Source of the DNA: a virus | Direction: 5' to 3' (one strand) | Virus record (IMG/VR): IMGVR_UViG_3300037245_003526 | Span: 1-24,296 of that record | DNA: 24,296 bases | Part shown: positions 1 through 10,642 of the stretch, in pieces | Layout of the letters: every line of letters starts with the position of its first letter | How positions within the stretch are numbered: position 1 is the stretch's first letter | The notes under the pieces: generated by a model | What the model was told of the DNA's origin: nothing | Databases searched by the model: none | The model's input: only the letters and a program-made list of their open reading frames with translations | Translations under genes and position numbers: made by a program

Positions 1-70
1 TGATAGAAGTTCATGTATTAAGAAAGCAAAAGCTTCTGCTAAAAAAGCTACAGCATAAGAGGTAACCCAT

Positions 71-484
71 ATGAAAAACTCTCTGGTTGAAGACTATCTT
101 GGAATGATTCAGGATTCCGAGATAGTCTCAGAGCTTGGTGTAAAAGGGGACTATGTTTTAATCGCAATGCTATCTGCTCAAGGTTGGACAGCATGGAGAA
201 AAATTGGTACTGGAAATGACAAAGCTCGAAAAAAATGTGGTACTTTTAAAATAAGTAATCAGAGAGATGCATGTATAGCAACAAATAGGATAAAATTTTG
301 TAAAGAACGAATTACTCTCATCAAGAAAGAAAAAAAGAAATGTGATGAGAAAAGGGATCCTAAAAAGTGTAGAAAAAATGCTGATGATAGAGTAGATTAC
401 GAAGAAGGTAAAATTAAAAAATATAAAAAACGTCTTGAAAAATTAAAAAAGAAGGGAAGGGGATATAACCCAAAAACTTACTAA
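71..484 (+). CDS. hypothetical basic Lys/Arg-rich protein with several Cys
   Basis: ORF from the track. AAGAGG ribosome-binding site about 10 nt upstream of the ATG at 71. It is the first gene of the plus-strand block. No motif recognised. Confidence 0.4.
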   Translation: MKNSLVEDYLGMIQDSEIVSELGVKGDYVLIAMLSAQGWTAWRKIGTGNDKARKKCGTFKISNQRDACIATNRIKFCKERITLIKKEKKKCDEKRDPKKCRKNADDRVDYEEGKIKKYKKRLEKLKKKGRGYNPKTY

Positions 485-524
485 CCGAATTTCTTTATAA
501 ATCGAAAAAGAAAGGAGATGTACC

Positions 525-1325
525 ATGCCGTTTAAAGGATTTAATGTCAAGTATCCGGAGTACACAATTGAGACTCCACAAACAGGATTAAGTTTTAATG
601 TAAGGACTTTAAATGTTCAAGAAGAGGAACGTTTAAAAGGCAGTTTAAACACACCAAATAGTATTGCTGAGCATTTAAATAAATGTATTTATGAGGCTAT
701 GACGAAGAAGCCAGCTCAGATTAAAACATTCGAAGACTTTTTAAGTAAGACTACTTTAAAAGATAGAGATGCTCTACTATATGGACTTTACCATATAACA
801 TATGAGGAAATTAGAAACTATGATGTAACATGTTCCTCATGCCGAAAAGAATATCCAGTAACTATACAAGCCTCTGATACTTTCAGCTTCAACCCTTATC
901 CTCAAAAGGACATTTTGAATAAAAGACATGATGTACCTCTTCCTATTACTAAGGGAGTTATAGCAGTAATAAAACAACCATGTCTTCTTGATGAGGTAAA
1001 AGCTACCAAAGAATTAGGATCTAGACCTGGTTCATCAATCGAGACTATTGCTGAAACTATGATAATTGACTCTTTTAAACAAGATGTTCAAGAAAGTAAA
1101 GAAGCAGATATATATTCAGATCGTGTTGATATACTTGATGCTTACTTAACTCTTCCATCAAGAGATAAAAGAGCAATTCATAAAGCATATGATGAAATGT
1201 TTGGTAAATTCGGAATTGAGTTGAAAATGAAAAGTCATTGTATTCAATGCGGTAATGCAGAAGACATTGACATAGATTTGGTAAACCAATTTTTTCGTAT
1301 GGCATACTCGTCCACAGCTGATTGA
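525..1325 (+). CDS. hypothetical structural-module protein with two CxxC pairs (possible zinc ribbon)
   Basis: AAAGGAG ribosome-binding site 8 nt upstream. It carries TCSSCRK and HCIQCG motifs. It lies directly upstream of the gp25-like gene. Confidence 0.5.
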   Translation: MPFKGFNVKYPEYTIETPQTGLSFNVRTLNVQEEERLKGSLNTPNSIAEHLNKCIYEAMTKKPAQIKTFEDFLSKTTLKDRDALLYGLYHITYEEIRNYDVTCSSCRKEYPVTIQASDTFSFNPYPQKDILNKRHDVPLPITKGVIAVIKQPCLLDEVKATKELGSRPGSSIETIAETMIIDSFKQDVQESKEADIYSDRVDILDAYLTLPSRDKRAIHKAYDEMFGKFGIELKMKSHCIQCGNAEDIDIDLVNQFFRMAYSSTAD

Positions 1326-1499
1326 AGAATATAGACAGTTGCTGAGCGAGAATATATTCACATGTATAGAAGTCCTTCACCAAGGATATCTTGATATAAT
1401 GTATATGCCTGTAAAACGATTTTATGACATGCTTAAATGGAAATCAGATTTAGAGGACCAACGAGCAAAACTTATAAATAGTAAATAGGAGTATATATT

Positions 1500-1928
1500 A
1501 TGCCTTCAATGATAGATCTTTTTAATCAAAATGTAGTTGGTTCTAAAGGTTTCATCTCAGATTTTCTTCCTATAATATCCTCAAGTGGCGACTTTACTAG
1601 AGTAACAGAGCTTTCAGTTATAATATCTTCTTGGAATAATATATTATTAACACCTCTTAGAACTTATGTATATGATCCTGATTATGGTAGTGAATTATAT
1701 AAATATGTATTCGATCAAAATGATGATGAGACAGTTGATGATATAAAAGAAGAAGTAAGATATAGACTAACTAAATTTGATGATAGAGCAGTTATCACAA
1801 ATATTGAAGTAATCTTCATGAGAGATAGAAAAGGTTTCACAGTCAATATAGATTTCGTGTTTGGCGAGGAAGAGACTCGTATGAAGGTTAATATAGATGG
1901 TAATGTATACATAAGGTTTCTGGAGTAA
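1500..1928 (+). CDS. baseplate wedge protein, gp25/GpW-like
   Basis: 142 aa, acidic. Its C-terminal half (…DDETVDDIKEEVRYRLTKFDDRAVITNIEVIF…) matches the gp25/GpW lysozyme-like baseplate pattern from memory: an EPR/V-rich helix followed by a beta strand. TAGGAG ribosome-binding site. Followed by a tight operon. Confidence 0.55.
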   Translation: MPSMIDLFNQNVVGSKGFISDFLPIISSSGDFTRVTELSVIISSWNNILLTPLRTYVYDPDYGSELYKYVFDQNDDETVDDIKEEVRYRLTKFDDRAVITNIEVIFMRDRKGFTVNIDFVFGEEETRMKVNIDGNVYIRFLE

Positions 1929-1933
1929 ATATT

Positions 1934-2578
1934 ATGCAATTATGGTCTCGTCTCTATGATTATATTCATGAGTATCAACAACTAGTTTATGAATATTATG
2001 CTCATAGTGCTGTAGCATTTCAGACTACATACTGGAATATTAATAAAGATGTAACAGTATGGGATGATGAACAAATGTTTGGTGGTGCTTATGAAATGTT
2101 AGGTAGTTTATCTGGAGTTAAGTGGAACAAATATTTATTACTGCCTGTATATTTTTCAGAAGAAATAACAACAGCATTTGAGGGTACAGAGACTGGACTT
2201 ATAAAAGAGCAAGAAAGTAGTATTGTAATTCCTTCTGAATATGGTATAACCCCATATGCAGGAGATATAATAAAATTAGAACAAGAGTTTTTACGTCCAA
2301 CTAATGATAATTTTCCAATATTTGCTGTAACTGGAGTAGAACCTCATCCAAATACAGATAGAAGATTTTGGAAACTTAAAATAAAAGTAAATCAAAGTGA
2401 AACTGTAGATGATATTAACGATCAAACAGAGAATTCATATGCATTTTATGACTATGATAAAAAGATTCATACATTAGAAGAAGCTACAGATTTGACTAGA
2501 TTACTAATAAAAAATGAAACATTAAGGGAACGTTTAAAAAATATGTGGGATGAAAATTCAGGTCTTTATAATATTTAA
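1934..2578 (+). CDS. hypothetical protein, likely baseplate-associated
   Basis: Its start overlaps the stop of the gp25-like gene (GGAG then ATG). Operon position is between the gp25-like gene and the large structural gene. Confidence 0.45.
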   Translation: MQLWSRLYDYIHEYQQLVYEYYAHSAVAFQTTYWNINKDVTVWDDEQMFGGAYEMLGSLSGVKWNKYLLLPVYFSEEITTAFEGTETGLIKEQESSIVIPSEYGITPYAGDIIKLEQEFLRPTNDNFPIFAVTGVEPHPNTDRRFWKLKIKVNQSETVDDINDQTENSYAFYDYDKKIHTLEEATDLTRLLIKNETLRERLKNMWDENSGLYNI

Positions 2579-2589
2579 AAGAGGCAATT

Positions 2590-5139
2590 ATGACTGACAA
2601 TACAGTATCTTCAGAAATATACCAAAGTCGAGATGCTACTAGAGATAAAATTATTGAACTTCTTCAGCGATACTTGGAGTTAGGTAATGTAGACTTGACA
2701 AAAACATCATTCCTATCATATGTTACGGATGTTATGTCTATACTTTCCTCAAATCTTATGTTTTACCAAGGTAATGTTTATAGAGAATTCTTTATGACAA
2801 AAGCTCAATTACCAGAGTCTATTTATAACTTAAGTTCTTTTATAGGTTATACTCCATCAGAAGCAAGTTATTCCTCTACAAATCTTCTTATAACAGTACC
2901 TCTACCTTTCAATGATACAAATATAACTTTTTCAATAGCAGATGGAAGAGATGGTAATTTTAAATTTCAAACATCCGATGGTATTAAATTTCTAACATAT
3001 TATACAACAACCGTAACTGTAATAAATAATAGTGATGTTACTATACAAATTGATCAAGATGGTAAACTTTATACCTTACCTGTTTATATTGATACAACTT
3101 CTGCTGATCAACAGTTTCAATTTGTACTACCTGTAAGACAATATAAAAGTACAAGATCTGAATTTATTATTGATCCTGATCTTCAACCAAATCAGTTTAC
3201 CAATATTGATGTTCCTATAGATGGTAAAGTTGCTGAAATGTCGGTGTATGTTAGGAACCCTGGAAGTGATGTAGACACCCTTGGTATGTTGTACGATGGC
3301 TCTTTTGATAGTCTATATTTAATGACTTCCTCTGATTATGGATATGTATCAAGAAACATATCTGAAGGTAAAAGATTATATTTTGGTAATGGAGTTATAG
3401 GACAACAACCTCTTCCTGGTTCTACAGTAATTGTATTCACTGACATAACAGAAGGGGAATCAGGTAACGTTATAGCTGGTTCTGTAACAACAGGTAGTAG
3501 AATATATACAATGGCTGGTGGTGCTTCAACAATAGTAAATTACACAGTAACAAATACTTCTCCTGCTACAGGTGGTAGTGATGAAGAGTCACTACAGGAA
3601 ATAAAACAAAATTCTATAGATAGTTTAACATCTCTAAATAGATTAGTTTCTGAAGGTGATTATGGTCATGTAAAAACTATAATTGAGGATGCTCCTATAG
3701 CTGAAAATTCTATAGCAGTATTAAAAAGATCTGATCTTAAAGTTAATGAAATTCAGTTATTCACTATTCTTAATTTCAATAATGAAATAGTTCCAACCAG
3801 AAATATATATTATTCAGTTCCCACTGGTACTACAGTAATTCCAAGAGATACTGTAATTACATTTGATGGAGTTGAATACATTACTATATTTGATATAGAA
3901 ATATCATCACTAAATACATATGCTGACTATGAATATAATCTACTACAACTACAAATTACACCTCTTTTAATACAAAGTTGGAGTAGTGCAAATCAAGATG
4001 CTTATAACTTTAACTCAAATGAATTATTAGTATCATATAATGATGCATCTGCAACTGTAACTTTTGAATTTTCATATTTTTCAGATGAAATAGATCGTAC
4101 TAATTGTTCTTGTGATTTAACAATTCTTTCTACAGATGATACTCGTGCTATGACAAATACTGCAAATGCAAATGGAGGAGTTTTTTCATACACATTTCCA
4201 AATTATACTGATATCCCGAAGGGAAGTCAGACGTATTATCTTACTGTAAGTAATTCAAACTTACCGATTCAACAATTAATATCACGATATTCTGCTTCCT
4301 TTATATTAAGACAGGATTTATCACCATTATATATGATGTCAAATACAGCGAATGATGGTACTACAACCATCATATATGATATACCAGGAATTAAAAAATC
4401 CTACTATGATAGTATTGATAAAATAGATTTTGAATCTGCTGTTATACAAGAATTTTTATCATCTATGGATTTAAAAGATTATAGAATGATGACTGATTTC
4501 ACTAATCTTAAATTCTGTAGTACTACTGGTAAGATGAATAATATGCTTTTAAATAAGAATAATAAGTTAGCAGTAAAAGACATGGGTTTAACTAGTATTC
4601 CTACATCTTTAACTACTGGGGACAGATATATTATAAGTGGTAATGAAGGAGGTACATGGACTGGTCATAGAGATGATATAGCAATTTGTACAGATTCTAC
4701 TGCTTCAACATGGACTTTTATAATGCCAAATGCTAATGATATTACATACGTTCAAAGTAAGAGTTCAAATTATATCTATACACAATATGGATGGAAAATA
4801 CCTCAATATGATATTCCTTTACAAATATCTATAGAACTATTTAGAATTCTTGATTCATCAATTACCGACGTTTCTTTAGTATATAATATACAAGCTGCTT
4901 TAGTTTCAGCATTTTCTAGTAGATTTGGTCCAAATTTAACTATTTATAGAACAGAAATAATAGAAGTTATTCAAGGAGTGACTGGGGTTTCCCATTGTAG
5001 ATTAATAGAACCAGAAAGTAGTGTTTTCTTTAATTTTGATCTTTTAGATTTTACAGAACAACAATTACTTGAATATGGTCCTGAATGGGTATATTTTGAA
5101 ATTGATGATATTACAATAAAAGTTCTTCCTGCGGAGTAG
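2590..5139 (+). CDS. large structural protein (baseplate J/gp6-like or tail fibre/receptor-binding candidate)
   Basis: 849 aa, rich in Thr/Ser/Asn/Tyr, as is typical of beta-rich tail or baseplate proteins. It immediately follows the gp25-like gene, as gp6/GpJ does in myoviruses. AAGAGG ribosome-binding site. Confidence 0.4.
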   Translation: MTDNTVSSEIYQSRDATRDKIIELLQRYLELGNVDLTKTSFLSYVTDVMSILSSNLMFYQGNVYREFFMTKAQLPESIYNLSSFIGYTPSEASYSSTNLLITVPLPFNDTNITFSIADGRDGNFKFQTSDGIKFLTYYTTTVTVINNSDVTIQIDQDGKLYTLPVYIDTTSADQQFQFVLPVRQYKSTRSEFIIDPDLQPNQFTNIDVPIDGKVAEMSVYVRNPGSDVDTLGMLYDGSFDSLYLMTSSDYGYVSRNISEGKRLYFGNGVIGQQPLPGSTVIVFTDITEGESGNVIAGSVTTGSRIYTMAGGASTIVNYTVTNTSPATGGSDEESLQEIKQNSIDSLTSLNRLVSEGDYGHVKTIIEDAPIAENSIAVLKRSDLKVNEIQLFTILNFNNEIVPTRNIYYSVPTGTTVIPRDTVITFDGVEYITIFDIEISSLNTYADYEYNLLQLQITPLLIQSWSSANQDAYNFNSNELLVSYNDASATVTFEFSYFSDEIDRTNCSCDLTILSTDDTRAMTNTANANGGVFSYTFPNYTDIPKGSQTYYLTVSNSNLPIQQLISRYSASFILRQDLSPLYMMSNTANDGTTTIIYDIPGIKKSYYDSIDKIDFESAVIQEFLSSMDLKDYRMMTDFTNLKFCSTTGKMNNMLLNKNNKLAVKDMGLTSIPTSLTTGDRYIISGNEGGTWTGHRDDIAICTDSTASTWTFIMPNANDITYVQSKSSNYIYTQYGWKIPQYDIPLQISIELFRILDSSITDVSLVYNIQAALVSAFSSRFGPNLTIYRTEIIEVIQGVTGVSHCRLIEPESSVFFNFDLLDFTEQQLLEYGPEWVYFEIDDITIKVLPAE

Positions 5140-5147
5140 TATAACCT

Positions 5148-6257
5148 ATGGAAATATTACTAGCTAAATCAAATATAGATTTTATCAGACTTAGAAAAAA
5201 AATTCATACAATAGTAGGAACTGAATTACCAGGTTTAACAGAACCATGTTATTATCCTTCCTTAAAAAAATACTATTATGAACTTCTTCATCTATGTAAA
5301 TTAAAAGAATCTGATATCAAAGATTATGTTAAAAGATTTTATATGGGAACACCAGCTGCTAAATGGAAACTTCAAAGAGATCCTATTACTAATTTATATA
5401 TTTTTTTAATGCATGTATTTCTTACAAAAAGACAAGTTAATACATACCGCTCTATAATGCTTCTACATCTAATAAGACAATATACAAATCTTATGAATAA
5501 ACAAATTCAGTTTTGTAATAAAGATGCATTTAAATATACTTTAGAAAATATAGCAAAAACTCATTTATTTGTAAGAGAGGGAACAATTCCAAATGCGTTA
5601 GTTTTCTTATCAAGAGAAATGGAAAAAGCTTATACCAAAGATATAATAAATAAAGATGTAAATAGAGTAATTCTATTTATAACTGTATGTAGAACAAGAG
5701 TATCACAAAGTATTAAAAGTTTTGCAGAATTATACTATCATGCTAGTAAGGAAGGTTTAGGAATAAGACAACCAAAAGAAGATGAAGAAGAAAGAGGTGA
5801 AGTACAACATCAACAATTAGAAAGATCTTCAAGAGTTATAAATAGTGTAGTTAGAAAGATAACTGTTTATAGAGTTGTTGATAAAAAAGCAGTTGAAATG
5901 GCCAAGAATCTTACTAAAATTAGATCAAGTCTAGCAACCATGATTTCAAGTAATATAACTGATGTAAAATATGCAGATGATTTAAGAACAATCCTAGAAT
6001 TATTTGTTAAAGATTTACAAAACGTATCCTACTTATGTGGAGATGAATTCTTCACTTATGTTAAGAGTCTTATGGCTATTAAAAGAACTAAATCAATAAT
6101 CTACTTTAAAAAACAAATTAATGATTTGTTATTATCACTTCTAAAAACATTAAAATATGAAAAAGAATATAATAAACTTACTAAACAAACCCAATCCTTA
6201 ATTAACCTATATTTAGCATTCTACTTAACAATAGTTTTTAGAAATACAATTTGTTAA
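5148..6257 (+). CDS. hypothetical protein (helical, Lys-rich)
   Basis: GGAG ribosome-binding site. It is the last gene of the plus-strand operon and meets the minus-strand block convergently at about 6270. Confidence 0.45.
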   Translation: MEILLAKSNIDFIRLRKKIHTIVGTELPGLTEPCYYPSLKKYYYELLHLCKLKESDIKDYVKRFYMGTPAAKWKLQRDPITNLYIFLMHVFLTKRQVNTYRSIMLLHLIRQYTNLMNKQIQFCNKDAFKYTLENIAKTHLFVREGTIPNALVFLSREMEKAYTKDIINKDVNRVILFITVCRTRVSQSIKSFAELYYHASKEGLGIRQPKEDEEERGEVQHQQLERSSRVINSVVRKITVYRVVDKKAVEMAKNLTKIRSSLATMISSNITDVKYADDLRTILELFVKDLQNVSYLCGDEFFTYVKSLMAIKRTKSIIYFKKQINDLLLSLLKTLKYEKEYNKLTKQTQSLINLYLAFYLTIVFRNTIC

Positions 6258-6279
6258 GATCCTACTACTGCACCTCCAA

Positions 6280-7500
6280 TTAGACCAGACCCACAGGTGG
6301 TGCAAAATCAACTGCCTTTTCCTGATCATCAACAGAAACTCTTCTAGGTGCAGGTTCAGCTACTTCAGGAGATTGTACTGTTTTTCCAGGATACTTAGGT
6401 GGTGGTGTAAAATTATCTGCGTCTTCACTAATTCTTAAATGTGATATAGATTGGTTGCTAGTCGATGCAGGACCTGGAACATTATACATTTTATAAAGAG
6501 TCCTTGTACTTATAGAATTATCCTTACCACCTAATACATTTAAATATGAATTCAATGTAGGTCTATTATCTCCAGCAGTACCAGCTTTTTCTTCTACTAA
6601 TATACTATTATATAAACTACCAAAATCAATTCGTACATCTACTATTGATAATGCTTGGTTCCATGCAATGCTTTGTTGATCTCCACCCTTTATAACAGAA
6701 ATACTATTTATAAAAGCAGCATTAATATCATAAATTCCATTTGCCCTTACCTTACAAAGAAATGGCCATTGATACCCTGAATTATCTGCAGACCCTCTTG
6801 GTAATCCTAGAATTAGAATAGCAGCTAATGGTCCAACAATATACTTTCTAGTCATGTCAGGATCGCCTGGACTTGGATTGTACAGTCTAATAGTCATAGT
6901 ATATGAAGGTTCAAAAGCACTATTCTTCCAAACCTTAGGAAAGTCAACTCTTGCTCCAGCTAAACCAGCACTAACTACATTTAACATTTTTTTAGCAAGA
7001 CCAGCACCTGCTGATCCTGCTGCCTGTCTAGCTTTTAAACTTTCTTGAAGTTCCTGTAATTTTTTATGTCCACCTAAAGCTGCTTTTCCTATAAGAGAAC
7101 CTTCTCCTAAAGCACCACCAATATTTTTTGCAGCTTCTGAAATAGTTGAAGCACCCATAAATTGTGATATTTCAGCTAAACCAGAAGAAGCCATCCGAGT
7201 AAATTTATCTAGAAAACTCTCACCATATTCATTACTGAATGTATCTGTTGGAAATGCGTCTGCTAGAAATGCTATTTTTAACTTTTTCTGATTAGTAGGT
7301 AATTCAAAACCATGGGTTTTTAATAGTTTATTATATAATTCCATTCCTTTAGTTGGATTAAGACCAAATAATTGTAATCCTTCCTTAAAATTTGGTAAGC
7401 ATGGGGTAATAGTAGCAGTTGGCATAGTATTTTTAACAACACCAGCAGTCGTATATGATACTGGAGGCATTCCAGGTATAAAATCTATTATTACAGACAT
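6280..7500 (-). CDS. hypothetical virion-associated protein with Gly/Ala-rich segments
   Basis: AAAAGGAG ribosome-binding site. It contains a GGALGEGSLIGKAALGG…AAGSAGAGLAKK low-complexity glycine-zipper-like stretch. It lies downstream of the 1042-aa gene. Confidence 0.45.
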   Translation of the reverse strand: MSVIIDFIPGMPPVSYTTAGVVKNTMPTATITPCLPNFKEGLQLFGLNPTKGMELYNKLLKTHGFELPTNQKKLKIAFLADAFPTDTFSNEYGESFLDKFTRMASSGLAEISQFMGASTISEAAKNIGGALGEGSLIGKAALGGHKKLQELQESLKARQAAGSAGAGLAKKMLNVVSAGLAGARVDFPKVWKNSAFEPSYTMTIRLYNPSPGDPDMTRKYIVGPLAAILILGLPRGSADNSGYQWPFLCKVRANGIYDINAAFINSISVIKGGDQQSIAWNQALSIVDVRIDFGSLYNSILVEEKAGTAGDNRPTLNSYLNVLGGKDNSISTRTLYKMYNVPGPASTSNQSISHLRISEDADNFTPPPKYPGKTVQSPEVAEPAPRRVSVDDQEKAVDFAPPVGLV

Positions 7501-7513
7501 TAATTTTCTCCTT

Positions 7514-10500
7514 TTATGTTAACCTTCCTCTAAGAATTGAATCAACTGCTTCATCATAATATGGTCTTGGTCCAGATAAACCACCCGTACCACCACCATT
7601 ACTAACCTGAGCAGTTTTCTGAGAACTATCCACAAATGATGTTACTACACTACTAGCAGCCTGAGAACCTGAAATTACAGCTCCTGATAATTTATCAAAT
7701 CCTTCAGTTAATTGCTTGAATATTGCCATATCTTTATTAACACCCATTGCTGCAAGTGATTTTTTATCCATATGAAATTTACTTAATCTTTCTTTTGCCT
7801 CTGGCATTGTAGGAAGATAACCTTTTTTAGTAAGAATATTTTTCTTTTCAATCATTGCAGCAGTAACTTTATCAATTCCACCTTTAGCAGTAGATGTCAT
7901 ACCAGCAAAACCACCAGCAGCAAATTTACTATACGCTTTATTCATTTGCTCAAGAGTAGCCACGCCAGATGATTGAGCTTTCTCCTTAATATCTTTCCAA
8001 GCTAAAATTTTACTTTTGTTCTTTTTAACAAGTTCTGCAGCTTTCCATATTCCTGTACCAATAGAATTTTTAGTGTATTTACCACTAGTTAAAACCATTT
8101 CAGAAGCTCTGATAATATCATCAGGAAAATTCATAAGAACTGTATTTGTTAACATACCCAAAAGATTTATAGGAAATGGTAAATAAGCTGTTACTTTTTC
8201 AGTCATTGCTCCAGTGGTAACTAAAACTGATGTGATTTTCCTTTTGGCCTGTTCACTAAGTTGTACTCTAGCTTGTCGTTCTCTTTCTCTAAATTCATTT
8301 CCACCAACTTCAGCATATAATTTTTCTTCACTTTTAATCTTTCCTTCATTTATTTTTACTAAATATTTAAAGAATGTTTGTTCTCTTCTCATTCCATACC
8401 CATGCGGATCTTTTCCACGATATATACCTATATCACGTTTTTGCCTCATAAAATTAAGTCTAGCAGCATTAACAGTGACAAATCCATATCTAGCATACTC
8501 ATCCATATGCTCTTGCATAAATGTTCTCTGACCAATATTTATAGAATTTATAGTATCTTGATCTGATTCACCAATATGTTTTTGTCGTTTTTTCTGCAGG
8601 CTAGCAATACCCCTATGAATTCTTTCTTCATGTGCAGCTTTTACTTTTTCTTCTACAGGTCCTCGGGCAGCTTGCATAGTCCTAACACGAGTAACAGTAG
8701 CGGCTCTTAATCCTATATCTGCTTTTTCTCTTATAAATTTTTCTTTACCCCATTCTTTCTCTCGTGATTTTACTATAGCATCACCTATTGGTTTACCTAT
8801 TAAATAACCTAAACCTGCAGCTCCTGCAATTCCTAAAGCAGGACCAAGTGCTGCCATAAGTCCACCAGCAGGAATAGCTTTTAAAGCTGTAATTAAAAGA
8901 CCTCCTAGTCCCTTGGCCCCTCTTCCAAGAAGTTCAAATAAACCTCCACCTATTCCTTTAAACTTCATAAGCATTGGAAGTACCATACCCATTATAGGCA
9001 TTACTAATCTCATTAAAAAACTAGTAGTATCAGCAGTTTTTCTTCCTCGTCTTCTTAAATATCTATGAGATTTATCAGCAGTTCTATTTTGTTTTCGTAG
9101 AAGATCAATAATAGTATCAATCTTTTTATACACCTTCTGTGGAATTCTGCCAGGTCTAGCTGCTGGGAATAATTTTCTTTGTTTCTTTTCAGTATATTCG
9201 GCCTCAATTGTTTCTTCCGCTGCAGGTTTACCTTTCCATCCTATTCTTCCTAGCAAGCCTCTACCAGCAGCACCAGCTCTTTTTCCTCTTTCTCCCCATG
9301 CTTCTTTTGTTTCTTCCAATTCACTTGCCATAGTTCTTCTTCTAGTAAGTTGACGTGCCATTTCCTCTGGTAATACTTTTTGAGCTAATGCTCCTATTCC
9401 TTTTCCAGCAAGTCCAATAGTACCTTTATATGCAAGTGCAGCTACTCTACCAGCTATTGACCATGATTCCTTTCTTTCTATACCTTGTCTACTCATAGTT
9501 TTACCAGAGGTATATGCTAGTATACCAACCAAAGCATTAACAGCATCACTAGTATTTCTAGCTATAGCTGGTAAATATTCAGCAAGAAGATTTTGTTGAG
9601 AAAATGAAGATGCCATCATATCTCTGACCATTGATCCAGTAGGTCTTAAAGGTCCACCTCGTCTTCTAAACAAAAACCTAAATGGTGTCATAACCATTTT
9701 TTGTAAAGTTCTTAAACCATATATGAAAAATCTTTGAAATGGACCAAGTCTTGCAACCCAGTTTGCAAAAATAGTTCTGATAAATCCCATAGCACCGCCA
9801 ATAGGTGCAACAGCTTGTCTGGTACCAAATGTATTATCAGCAATTCTTTCAAGAGCAGGTCGCTTACCTGATACTTCTTCCATAGTATCTTTATAAGCAT
9901 CCATAGCTTCTTTAATAAACATCTTTCGATCAGCAATATTACTAATTCCTTTAGTCACAGTTCTCTTATTTACTTGATCGACAATGGTTGCTACAATATT
10001 TTTAACAGGAGTAATTACTTCAGCGGCATGTATTTCTGCCATACCCCCTTTTTTGACGAACCCTCCCTTGGCCATTTTAGGGATTTTTTCTTTTGGTTTC
10101 TTTTTTTCAAAAGAAAGGACACCTCTTAATTTTTCCCAACCTGCTCCAGCTAAACTCTTGAATCTGGATGTAACTGAAGATAAAGCTTTACCTAGTCCTT
10201 CTTTCATTCTACTAATCATATTTTTGAAAACAACTGTTTCCATCATTTTAGCAGTTGCATAACCAACTATTGGACTTATCTTACCTACAGTAGTAACTAT
10301 TAAAGCTTGTTTATTAACATTAATATCTTCACTAATTGCTTTAGCATATTCATTTACAGCTTGTGCTCCACCAAGACTAATATGTTTTACTCCCCTAGCT
10401 GTTTCAGCAGTAATATGCCTCATTCCAGAAGTAAGCGTACCGGTAGCATCAGCGAGATTTTTCAGTACCCTATCTATTGAGCTAATTGAACTTTTATTAG

Positions 10501-10642
10501 AGATTTTTTCATCAAGATATTTACTTGCTTTTCTAGCTTCTTTATTTGCCCTTTCGGTTACAACTTGCGAAACAGCGCTGATATTTTTAATCCTTTGATC
10601 TCCAGCTTTTAGCGCATCTCTATTATCTATTTTTTTAACCAC
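7514..10642 (-). CDS. tape-measure-like or internal virion (ejection) protein with glycine-zipper transmembrane segments
   Basis: 1042 aa. It has a GTG start with a GGAGGG ribosome-binding site 8 nt upstream. The start overlaps the upstream gene's stop (TAGTG). It contains a long hydrophobic Gly/Ala-rich segment (LGGLLITALKAIPAGGLMAALGPALGIAGAAGLGYLIG) and coiled-coil-like charged regions. Confidence 0.45.
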   Translation of the reverse strand: MVKKIDNRDALKAGDQRIKNISAVSQVVTERANKEARKASKYLDEKISNKSSISSIDRVLKNLADATGTLTSGMRHITAETARGVKHISLGGAQAVNEYAKAISEDINVNKQALIVTTVGKISPIVGYATAKMMETVVFKNMISRMKEGLGKALSSVTSRFKSLAGAGWEKLRGVLSFEKKKPKEKIPKMAKGGFVKKGGMAEIHAAEVITPVKNIVATIVDQVNKRTVTKGISNIADRKMFIKEAMDAYKDTMEEVSGKRPALERIADNTFGTRQAVAPIGGAMGFIRTIFANWVARLGPFQRFFIYGLRTLQKMVMTPFRFLFRRRGGPLRPTGSMVRDMMASSFSQQNLLAEYLPAIARNTSDAVNALVGILAYTSGKTMSRQGIERKESWSIAGRVAALAYKGTIGLAGKGIGALAQKVLPEEMARQLTRRRTMASELEETKEAWGERGKRAGAAGRGLLGRIGWKGKPAAEETIEAEYTEKKQRKLFPAARPGRIPQKVYKKIDTIIDLLRKQNRTADKSHRYLRRRGRKTADTTSFLMRLVMPIMGMVLPMLMKFKGIGGGLFELLGRGAKGLGGLLITALKAIPAGGLMAALGPALGIAGAAGLGYLIGKPIGDAIVKSREKEWGKEKFIREKADIGLRAATVTRVRTMQAARGPVEEKVKAAHEERIHRGIASLQKKRQKHIGESDQDTINSINIGQRTFMQEHMDEYARYGFVTVNAARLNFMRQKRDIGIYRGKDPHGYGMRREQTFFKYLVKINEGKIKSEEKLYAEVGGNEFRERERQARVQLSEQAKRKITSVLVTTGAMTEKVTAYLPFPINLLGMLTNTVLMNFPDDIIRASEMVLTSGKYTKNSIGTGIWKAAELVKKNKSKILAWKDIKEKAQSSGVATLEQMNKAYSKFAAGGFAGMTSTAKGGIDKVTAAMIEKKNILTKKGYLPTMPEAKERLSKFHMDKKSLAAMGVNKDMAIFKQLTEGFDKLSGAVISGSQAASSVVTSFVDSSQKTAQVSNGGGTGGLSGPRPYYDEAVDSILRGRLT

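Noticed and set aside
1075-1383. Antisense ORFs inside larger genes (1075-1383 minus, 1158-1361 minus, 1715-1939 minus, 4002-4193 minus, 6854-7048 plus, 8214-8566 plus, 9712-9936 minus, 9984-10262 plus, 12718-13002 plus, 14445-14693 plus, 16164-16349 plus, 17002-17202 plus, 18681-19317 plus, 19779-20048 minus, 20821-21225 plus, 22950-23354 plus, 23640-24198 plus).
   Set aside because: All lie fully within and opposite to longer ORFs that have strong ribosome-binding sites. They have low-complexity composition and no Shine-Dalgarno sequence.
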